A stretch of DNA of 64,000 nt from Camelus dromedarius (taxonomy: Eukaryota): positions 82,400,001 to 82,464,000 of the forward strand of contig NC_087436.1 in NCBI RefSeq assembly GCF_036321535.1. Direction: 5' to 3'. Position 1 is the first letter of the stretch, and every line of letters starts with the position of its first letter. The notes beneath the pieces were generated by a model. It did no database searches and was not told where the DNA came from. It saw only the letters and a list, made by a program, of their open reading frames with translations. A program made the position numbers and the translations under genes. Shown piece after piece: positions 26,519 through 36,917 of this stretch.

Positions 26519-27771
26519 CCTGGGCTATGCCATATTGCATTGGAGAGAGTATAATTGATTCTTTGAGTTTTAACCCTGAGTATGTTTACAAAAAAGAGCA
26601 CTTGGCTATACCAGTCTGCATGTAGGTTTGTAGTGATGTTTATATGGAGCCATATAAATGTTTAAATATTAACATAGGTGATTTAGATCAGACTTCATGC
26701 TGGCTGCAATGTCAGGAACCTGTTTTCAGGCTGAATGTCTATAACTTCAATATTCTGCTTGCTCAGAGTGGGCCAGGCCAGAGGACCCACACTATTCAAA
26801 TTCATATACTACTGATAGACTTCTTAAAGGCAATTAAAAATTTACAGAAAGATCTAGATACTTTTACCTACTGGGGTATTTGTATTATACAAGAATTAAG
26901 AAACTTTGACGAAGCGAAAGTCACTTTGTTAGTGTTACTTAGTTCACATTATGCTCAAATAGTTTGGATGCTGAGAAATTTCATTCAGCCTGAGATCTCC
27001 TGGAGAACTACCTTTTATTTTTTTTTTGTTATTTTTGGGTCAGAATGTTTATATTCCTCACACACAAGGGTCTACTTTCTCAACAATGCTAGAAGCACAG
27101 AATCTGCCCCTTGCTTTTTTTTTTTTTTAAGTTTTTGGAGACTTTTGTTTGCATGTCTTTATAACATAATTGGCTTCATTTCAATGAATTTTCATGATAA
27201 GTAAAAACGTTTAGTTGCTCTGAACTCATTTCATGTCAGTTTTTTCCTGTAGATATGAATGAAGGCACATTGAGTTTACCATTAACTTGCCTTCACATCA
27301 CATTTTAAAATGAGTTGCTTTGGGGAAAATTTTCTCGACTAAACTAATACCATTTATAACATTTAAGTTCTTACTAAACTGAAATATTTTCTGAATTTTG
27401 TCTGCTTTTTTCTTTTCAGTTACTGTCCCTCTTGAGAGCCACCTCTTTAAGTGCCAATTTTAGAAAGATAATGATTTTTACACAGGTAATAATAACAAGA
27501 AAGGGAAAAAGATGGAACAGCATAACTAGCAGATTTATCATTTGGAACACAGATAATAATGATGTTAATATTTAATTATAGCAAAAGAAAGTGAAGGAAA
27601 AAGAGAATGTGTGAGAGAACATTGGCAGAGGTATCATCCGAGTTGGATTTCACATTCCAAGCAGAGCCATTCTGTGACTGTCACTTGCACACTGTAGAGT
27701 TCAGGAGTTGATATGATATTGTAATTGATGGTGGGTAGGTAGTATATTATGATGTAAAGAAGGTCAGTGCT

Positions 27772-29495
27772 GGGTCAAGATGGTGGCGTGGTGGGACCAT
27801 GAGCTCGCTTCACTCCAAGACTACAATGAAATCACAACTGACTGCTGAACAACCATTGGAAAAAAAGACTGGAAACTAGCAAAAACAATCTTCAGCTGGA
27901 AACAAAAAGGAAACCACACCAGGACGGTAGAAGGGGCATGCTCACGGAATAATCAGGCCCCATACCCCCGGGGTGGGTGACCCACAAACTGAATAATTAA
28001 GTTGCAGATGCCCTCCCACAGGAGGGAGAGCTCTAAGCCCCACATCAGTCTCTCCAGCCCCAGGTTCTGGCATTGGGAGGAGGAGGAGACCCCAGGACAT
28101 CTGGTTTTGAAGGCCAACAGAGCTTAGCTCCAGGATTCCCACAGGATTAGGGGAAACAGAGACTTCATTCTCTTGGGAAGCGTACAAGTGTGTGCTCGAG
28201 TGTGCCAGGTCTAAGGGCAGAGGCAGTGATTTCATAGGAACCTGGGCCTGCCTGCTGGTTTGGGAGGGTCTCCTGGGGACATAGGGGATGGCTGTGGCTC
28301 ACCCAGGGACGTAATAACTTGTGGCAGACATTCCAGGAGTGTTCATCTGTGTGAACTTTCCTGGAGGCTGACATCTTGATTGGATCTTTAACACCAAGAC
28401 CTAGCCCCACTCAACAGCCTGTTGGGAAGCCTCAGGCAAAACAGCAAACCAGGTCCCATCAGCAGATCTCCTAAGCCACAAACGTCTCTAGACACAGCCC
28501 TACCCATCAGAGGTCCAGGACCAAGCTTCAACTAGCAGTGGGCAGGCACCAGATCCTGCCAGGAAACCTGCATTAAGCCTCTAGTCCAGCCTCATCCACT
28601 AGGGGCAGGTACTAAAAATAAGAAAACAACAATCCCAAACCCTATGGAAGGAATCCACAAACACAGACTAGACTCTACACTGGGACTGGCTGGACCCTGG
28701 CCCTTGGGTGACAAGAGAGGAGTGTACTGCTGGGACGCATAGGACATCTCCCACAGAGGGCCACCTCTCCAAGGTATCGAAACATAACTAACCTACCTAA
28801 AAATACAAATAGAAAGACAGACAATGAGAGGTGGCAGAGGAATATCTCCCAGGCCAAGGCACAAGATAAAATCCCAGAAGAAGAAATAAGCAATGAAGAG
28901 ATAGGCAATTTATCTGAGAAAGAGTTTAAAGTAATGATGGCGAAGATGTTCAGAGAACTCAAGAGGAGTATAGATGTACAGAGTGAAGTTTTTAGCAAAG
29001 AGTTGGAAAATATAAAGAATACCAAAACAGAGTTGAAAAATAAAATCACTGAAATGAGTATTACACTAGAAGGAACCAACAATAGACTAAATGATGCAGA
29101 AGAATGAATCAATAAGCTAGAAGACAGATTAGTGGAAATCACTACTGCAGAACAGAAAAAAGAAAAAAGAATGAAAAGAAATGAGGATAGCTTAAGAGAA
29201 CTCAACAATGCTAGAAGCATAGAATCTGCCCCTTGCTTGACACATGAAGCATGCTAATATTCACATAATAGGGGTCCTAGAAAGAGAAGAGAGAGAGAAA
29301 GAACCTGAGAAAAATTTTGGAGAGATAATAACTGAAAACTTCCCCAACTTGGCAAAGGAAACAGTCACCCAAGTCCAAGAAGTGCAGAGAGTTCTACACA
29401 GGATCAACCCAAAGAGGCACATGCCAAGGCATGTAGTAATCAAACTGACAAATATTAAGGATAAGGAGAAAATATTAAAATTAGTAAGGGAAAAC
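27772..29495 (+). mobile_element. L1 5' UTR plus partial ORF1 (3'-truncated, older subfamily)
   Basis: CAAGATGG start; ORF1 remnants from about 28824 (NLSEKEFKVMMAKMFRELK...HANIHIIGV...ENFPNL...PRHVVIKL); stops abruptly near 29495. Confidence 0.88.
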
Positions 29496-31843
29496 GTATT
29501 TTGCTATTTTTGATGCACTGGAAATGTTTATGCCAGTTATAAAATTCTGGTTTTTGAAGTGAAAAAAAAAAAAAGGTGAATGAAGGGCTACAAATGCAAA
29601 ATATCCTTCTTTCTTATCGGTGAGTTGTGTTCCATTACGTATATATGCTGCATATTCTTTATCCATTCATCTATTGATGTACACTTTGGATGCTTCTGTA
29701 TCTCAGCAATTATAAATAATGTTGCTGTTAATAGTGGGGTATATGTATCTTTTTAAATTAATTCTTATTTTGTGGTTGGCTTTATGCCTTTGATAACTAT
29801 ATAAGTTTAAAAGCTAAAGCTCTAAACTTTCTTAAAAACAATAAACAGTACATATATGTAAATTTAAAAATATGTGCAGTATATTGTGTATTTGTATTTA
29901 CATGCAATATGTTGTATATGTACAGTCAAATTGTAACAATTCTACCTAATAAAACTGAAAAAAAAAGAAAGTTGACACTAAGGCATTATTACTTTGAGAC
30001 CATAAAAAGAGGAGGTTATAGGATTTATGCACATTATTTTGATCCACTGTTTGTTAGTCTGTAAGTACCTGCCAAGTAGAAGCTTAGGAATATGATCTCT
30101 TCAAATGAAAACTTTCTTCCTCCTTTCTGGGGGTTTTCATTAGTTCAAGTGTTCTGTGTACTGCCAAATTGTTAAAGCAGTATCAGGTAGTCTTAAAGGT
30201 CATATAAACTCCAACCTGAGGCTGCAAAGCCTAGTATCTATCCAACCAAACAACCCCCCAATTCACACCTCATATAGAGCCTCAGTGTATTTCTGGTTTA
30301 TAAAACCCCTCTCTTCCTTTCCACACATCTATCCTACTTCTTTCCCTGGACTAGCAAAGAAAGAGTCCTGACCTCTGTAATCTGCTACTCAATCTTCCTT
30401 TCCTGGTTCCCCTCATTATTTTTATTTCCCTATCAATTCCACTATTCCTGTCTACCAAGGACCTGTCTCTTTTGCTTTCAACTATTTTTGGATCTCTTCC
30501 ATCATAAAAATACTCGGTGAAATTTTTACCCACTTCATCCCTGTTTGCCATCCTGTCTTTCATATCTTACTGTCAAGTTTAATCTACAGTGGTTGCCTCT
30601 GTTTTCTGGCTACTCATTTCCCTAGGAGTATAATTGCCCTTTTACTCTTCACCTGGTACAAGATGCTATGACAGTCCTAAATATAAGGAGTTTTGTGAGC
30701 TCACAGGAAGGGCACATCGCCCAGTCCTGATGATGGGGTGGGAGGTGAGCCATAGATGGAACCTAAAGGGTGAGCAGGGGTTAGCTAGATGATGAAGGGG
30801 ATAGGAATGTTCCAGGTATAGGAAATCATGTGTGCAGGCACTGGAGGTGAGGTCATGGCATATTCAAGGAATAGGAAGTTCTCCCTTGGAGAACAGAGTG
30901 TCGGGTAGAGAGAAGATAGAGAGCACAGCAAAGACTCAGTCTCTCAGAGTCTTAGCCTCAGTGAAGACTGGGAAAAGGTTTTGAGCAGGGGACTGCCATC
31001 ATCAGATTTAGACATGTTGCAGGATGGAGAATGTACTGGAAGAAAGACAGGAATAGATGGAGGGAGACTAGTTAGGAGGCTTCTCAGTAATCCAGGCCAG
31101 AGATGACAGTGGTCGGAATGAGGCTGGTGGCAAAGGAGATACTTACAAGCTAGAATAATAAAAGAAATAGGCATTTCTTTAATAAATATATATCAAATAC
31201 TTAGTAAGTTTTATGGGCTATTCTGGGCATTGGGGATACAGCAGTGAACAAAATACATTAAAGCAAATCACTTCCCTTGGGGAGCTAATGCTCTAGAGGC
31301 AATGTGGACAACAAAGAGCATAAATAAGTAACATGTATAGTATGTTCCATAATGATAAATGTCAAGGAGAAAATCAGAGAACAGAGGGAGAAATGGAATC
31401 TTGTGTGTAGACTGTGTAGTCAGGATTGCAGTTTTAGGTACAGGGTGAAAAATTCTGAAAAGACATTAAGAAAAAGACTTAAAGGAAAGGGAGCTAGCTA
31501 TGTGGATCTGGAAGAAGAGATTCTGGAGAGGAAAGAGTAATGTACAAGGTCTTGAGATGAGTATATGTCTGGTGGGTCCAAGAAACATCAAGGGACCAGT
31601 GTGGCGGGAGTGAACTGAAAGAGAGTGAAGGTAGAGTGATGGCTAGTTTTACAGGTCAACATAGCTAGGCTATAGTTCCCAGTTATTCAATTACTCATCT
31701 AAGTATTGCTGTGAAGATATTTTGTAGATGTGGTTAACGTCTACAATCAGTAGTCTTTAAATAAAAGGAAATTATTCTTGATAATGTGGATGGGCTGCGT
31801 CCCATCCATTGGAAGTCTCTGAAAGAAAAACTGAGCTTTCTCT

Positions 31844-32842
31844 GTGCTATAGGCTGAGCATTTGAGTCCCTCCAAGGTTCACATGTTGAAACCTAATCCC
31901 CAGCATCATGGTATTTGGAAGTCGGGTGTTTGTTACAGGGCCCAGAGGTAAGACCAGGTATGAATCCCAGGATTAGAGACACACAAAATGAAGCCAATAT
32001 TCATTTCACAAATCACTTGGTTTTTGCACACAACACGGGTTAAGTCAAAGTAGGGAAAACAGGAAAGGGGATTACAAGCCACTCCAAGGAGAAGCCTGGG
32101 AAGGAGGCATCTCAGCATGAGCTGTGGTCTTTGGTCCTGTAACAAGCTGTGAGTGGGACGACAGAGCCTCTGGCAGCACTGGTCTAGAAAAACTCTCAGC
32201 AGCTGGAGTTGGGTCCTCCAGGAAAAGTCGCCAGTTGCTTGGCTTAGTGGGCTCGTTTTAAGGAGTCTGCCAGTGAGGTGTAATGGTTATGCCCCAGGGA
32301 GATCTTGTCTCTGTCCTTCTGTTCCAGTGAAATATTTCCATGATTCCTTATTTAAAGTAACCCTTATTTAAAGTAACCCTCTTAATTTATCACTCTAACA
32401 CATTTGAAGTCCTATATTGGATATTTCAAAACAACTAATAGTGAAGTTGACACTGGCCATTGTGATTGCATTCTGAATTACTTACTGTAGCTTAAATCCT
32501 ATGAGTTTCACAGAAGATGACGAGGAATCATAACCCAAGAGAAATCACATGACAAGTTGGGGACTTCGATAGGTGACTAGGTCATGGAGGTGAAGCCCCA
32601 TGAATGGGATTACAGTCTTACAGAAGAGGCCTCAGAGAACTCCCCTGCCCCTTCTGTCCTGTGAGGACACAGTGCGAAGACAGGCTGGCTGGCTGTGAAC
32701 CTGCAAGCAGGTAACCAGCCACCAAATCTGCTGATGTCTTGATCTTGGACTTCCCAGCCTCCAGAACTGTGAAGAATAATTTTCTGTTGCTTACAAGCCA
32801 CTCAGTATTTGGCATTCTGTTATAGCATCCTGAACTAAGACA
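31844..32842 (+). mobile_element. MLT1A-like MaLR LTR nested in MLT2, itself interrupted at about 31931-32554
   Basis: TGCTATAGGCTGA...ATGTTGAAACCTAATCCCCAG and TTGGACTTCCCAGCCTCCAGAACTGTGA...GAACTAAGACA. Confidence 0.8.
31931..32554. mobile_element. Unidentified LTR-like insert within MLT1A
   Basis: TGTTACA...ATGACA termini; interrupts the MLT1A consensus; internal 16-bp tandem duplication CCTTATTTAAAGTAAC. Confidence 0.5.
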
Positions 32843-35800
32843 CCCCGAGTGAGAAGAAATTCTGCCTCAAAACTGCAGAATCAACTTCTGCCCAAGACTT
32901 CCCAGCCTGTCAGCCTCCTCTACAACTTTCACGCTTGATAGCTTCCCACAATCATGTGAGTCAATCCCTTGAAATACCTTCTGTCTGTCTACCAGTAAGT
33001 ATGTATATAAAATCTCCTACTGGTTATGTTTTTCTGGAGGGCCCTGACTAATATAAGTAGTAAGGTAACAGGTAGGAAGACTGGACCACATATCACTTTG
33101 TAGGTCATGGTAAGGACTGTTGCTTTAAGTTTTAGATGAGAAGCTAAGGAAGGATTTTGATCTGAAGCATGACATGATCTCATATTCTAAAAAATCATTC
33201 TGGCTGCTGTTTTGGGAATAGCAAAACAGGAACAAGAGGTGATGGTGACTTGGATCAGGATGGTAGCAGTGGGGTGATAAGAGGTGATAGAATTCTGGAT
33301 ATATTTTCAAGGTAGAAAAAACAGAGTTGTTTTCATAATGGATGTGGGGAATGAGAGAGGGGAATCAAGGATGACACAAATCTTTTTGGCCTGAGCAAAC
33401 AGAAAATGGGGTTTGGAGCAGGTTTGGAGCATCAAACGCTCACTTTTGGCAATAGAACCTTGAAATGCCTATTGGCCATACGGGCAGAGATAGCAAGAAA
33501 GCATCTGGATGTGTCTGGTGCTCAGAGGGAAGATTTAGGCTGGAAATAGAAATGTGGGAATGGTGATTGATATTGAATGTGTGTGGTGGGAATTAGGTTT
33601 TTGGTGTGGTGAGAGATGAGGGTGAGGGGAAGGTAGGAAGAAGGTATAACTCCAGGTTTCTGGCTTAGACAGTTGTTAAAAATGGCATTCTCTGTTAGGG
33701 AATGTGGATGGGGTAGAGAAGATGCTAGGTTTTGTATGTGTTGATTTTAAAACATTTATTTAACTGGAACTGGAGGTAATCTAGGAGACTATGTAATCTA
33801 ATTTGATTCTCTCATAGATGAAGAAACTGAGGTTCCAGAAAGGCTAGCTTGTATTAGATTAACCAGTGCTGCTGCTTTTTTTTTTTTTTTTTTTGCAGTA
33901 CTAGGGTACCTTTAATTAAAGTGAAGACTACAAAAGTAAAAGGCACATCTCCTCAGTTCTGAAGTTGATCCAGGCACCTCCAAACTAAAAAAAAAAAAAA
34001 AAAAAAAGAAGGAAAAAGAAAAAAAGAAAAAAAAAGAAAAGAATTTAGTGGGGTCAGATTGGCTCTCAGGTCAAGTGGAAATTTCCTATCTATTTTGGGG
34101 AAGGATTTGATGTCTGGCATAGATTAAGACTACCCCAATTATTTTCAGGCTCAGTAGTTTAATTTCAGGAAACTTTAGACTGTGGTGATACTGGGCCAGG
34201 CCAGGCTAGATTTTTTTTTTAGGTGGAATAATTGGGTATCTGCACTGCAGCATTTTATTCTACCTTTAAATAATTCCTAGATTGAACAGTTTAAATTGCC
34301 AACTGAGATTTTCACTGGCTGATTTTGGAATATTGTTTAAATATGAAGGAAAGCTTGGGTAAAAGGAAGAAGAGGGTGTTAAGGGATATAGTTCAACTCT
34401 CTAAGAAGTCCACTGAAGCTGTGTGGTAGTGAGGCCAGCAAACATGGGTTTAAATCCTCAGCGTGACTTCTAAGTAGCTCTGTGATTTTAAGTGTCTGGT
34501 GGACCTCTCTGGGCTATAGTCATCTGTAAGCCAGGGATAATGAAGTCACACACACACACAGAACTGTCCATGGAAGTAAACCTATCACCGTATCTGGGAG
34601 AGGAAGCTCTTGATTGCACCCTTCCCCACAGTAAAATACTTATTAGCCATTTACTCACTAGCCAAGTTGGTGTTGAAGATGTACTGAGGGTCAATTTTCA
34701 TCCTTTTCCTTGGCTTGATTCTCCATGCTTTCATTTCCATTAAAAAGTATAGATTTCTGGCAAATGGGAATGGTGGTGGGGAACAGGGGTAGGGAAGAGT
34801 GTTTCTGAAGCAAGCATGGAAGTATTCTCAAAGGGAATATAAGAGAGGCTGGTGAGTCCTAGCAGTCCCATGGCAGGACCCCAGGGTGACAGGAAAGGCT
34901 CAGAGGAAGGTTTTAAGATTATGTCCAGGGAGGGTGGTTCCCTGCCACAGTCAGGACTTCTGTACCCTGCAAAGGAGAGAGCCATCAGTCATCAAGATGC
35001 CAGTTTAGGACCACAGGGTACCATGACAGCTGACAATTCGAAGTATTTTCCCACTTAGCCCAAGGCAATGTAAGCCTCTTTGATTTTGGTGTGACCCTCA
35101 CAAGGAGCCCTGCTGATGGCTGAGAAAGATTTTCCTACTAAACTGTTGAGAAGTGGGTTCAGAGTAAGGATTAGTGTCATTCAACTAACACTTAAAATTT
35201 TTCAGACTTAGAGTCACAGCAGTAATTGCCTGATGTTCGTGAATTGAAGCAAGCTTTTTTATTTTTTTAAAATGCAGAAAACAATATTCAGAACCCTTGC
35301 AGCATTCATTCACCTGCCAGCAGAGTAGGGCTCCAGCCTCTGAGGTTCCTCTGGGTTCCTGCTTACCACTGCTGTGTTCATAGCTATTTCTAGTCCTTCA
35401 ACAGTGTGCATGACACAGGACTGCTGGGGATTAAATGGCAAACTGTCCCTAGTATGTGGCTAACATTCAATACAGGGGACTGATTACCATTCTGTCAGCA
35501 TATCCAAGCAAAAGAGTGAAGAAGTACTTATTTCTCATAATGGTTAATACCAAAATTCATCCAAGTGTTAATTTTAGACAAGTGTCTTAAGAGCCAAAGC
35601 ATGTTTATTGTGAAAAGAGGAAAGTTATCAGTACACTTTGGGCCTCAGTTATTTCACTAAAGTTTCACTAAAGGCTTTCTCCTAGCCTGCTTCACTCTTC
35701 CACCTGGCAAGCTGGAACAGGTATAACTTAATCAAAAGAATAAACAATCTGCTTCAAAATGAGTTAGAAGATGACTATAACTGACTCTCCACCTGCTAAT

Positions 35801-36258
35801 GTCATTCTCTGCTAACATGGTAGGGTCCAGGACACCTATAAGCTCTGTGGTGACTTGCAGGTACTCTAGCAAAGCTAAAGTATGGAGAGGACTCTGTGCT
35901 ACTTTATTCAAATATAATGATGTTTTGGAAAGCAGGCATTTTGGGACTCAGATATATACTTACCTCAACTAAATGCAGAATTTGGTTAACAGCAATTGTG
36001 TTTTGATTCTCTGTATCAGATGAGGTTAGCTGATGGGAAAGAGGGAGAAATGTATTGTCGAAATGATACCTTCAGATGAAATTTCCTTATGTTATAGAAT
36101 CTATAGTATAACCTTCCTTAAACAGACTTCCAGATACTAAAAAGAGAAAAAGAAAAGCAGACCTTGATTACATAATCTATTTTCCTTTAATTTGAAGGTT
36201 AAGCTATGTTCTGTTCAAAACAAAAAGATAGAAACACCAAAAGTTTAAATTTGATCCA

Positions 36259-36264
36259 TTTATT
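36259..36264 (-). terminator. Probable HSD17B11 polyadenylation signal (3' UTR about 36240-36826)
   Basis: AATAAA about 560 nt after the stop, followed by a GU/U-rich element (TTTTGGTGTTTCTATCTTTTTGTTTTG). Confidence 0.7.
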
Positions 36265-36826
36265 ATTATTGCCACTTATGTGTACATTCTCCCAATTCTC
36301 TGCCTCAAATCTCAATGATGCCTTTATACTCGCAACATGTGTCCATCTCCAGTTTCCTTGTGCTGAAATGTCTGGCATTGGAATGTGAGGTATTTCTCAG
36401 GAAGCAGAGTAGTAATGTGTAGGGTGAAATGTTTGAGCAATATTTCTTACATCATGTGAAATTCACTATGAAATGCCACTAGATATAGTCCTTCATGAAA
36501 AGGAAATACAAATTATATAAAATTTAAGTGATTAAAAATAAAAATTATCTTAAACATCTATAGTATAAACTTTGCAAAGCCTTTAGATGAGCTACAAAAT
36601 CTTGGAAATTAATGTAAAACTCTTTCTTTTCCTCCACTTTCCATAAGATCAGTTCCTAAGATAGTTCTGTGTATTATATGAAATTAGAACCTGCTGGAGC
36701 CTCAAAAGGTGGTATTTAAAAAAATGATAATTAGGAAAAGCAGAAGTCCAAACATTAAAATTCTGGTTAATATTATATGAAATCAACTTAAACCTGGTAA
36801 ATCATTTTTAAAAAAAAACGAAGGAC

Positions 36827-36917
36827 TTATTGTTTTTTAATTTTATATCCAACAACTGCATCAAACCTAATATTGATCTTTCGTCTTAAAATTGCCAGGA
36901 AACGCTCAGGAAGGGTC
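36827..36917 (-). CDS. HSD17B11: HSD17B11 exon 7, coding part
   Basis: TAG|(K)[32 protein letters not shown]. Confidence 0.97.

Larger units (their letters stand above)
31636..33054 (+). mobile_element. MLT2(D)-like ERVL LTR, interrupted
   Basis: GTGATGGCTAGTTTTACAGGTCAAC start, CCCTGACTAATATA end; halves at 31636-31843 and 32843-33054. Confidence 0.75.
30660..33600 (-). mobile_element. L2 remnants hosting nested LTRs
   Basis: L2-type motifs (GGGGATACAGCAGTGAACAAAA; GTAGGTCATGGTAAGGAC; GGAATCAAGGATGAC...GGCCTGAGCAA). Confidence 0.7.

Noticed and set aside
26644..27204. 186-aa + strand ORF in the intergenic region
   Set aside because: No recognisable domain; runs through T homopolymers (FFFF tracts); no exon or promoter context. 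Most likely chance.
28675..29220. 181-aa hydrophobic - strand ORF and similar F/L/S-rich ORFs (e.g. 4380-4700, 4840-5241)
   Set aside because: Antisense frames of A-rich L1 sequence, not membrane proteins.
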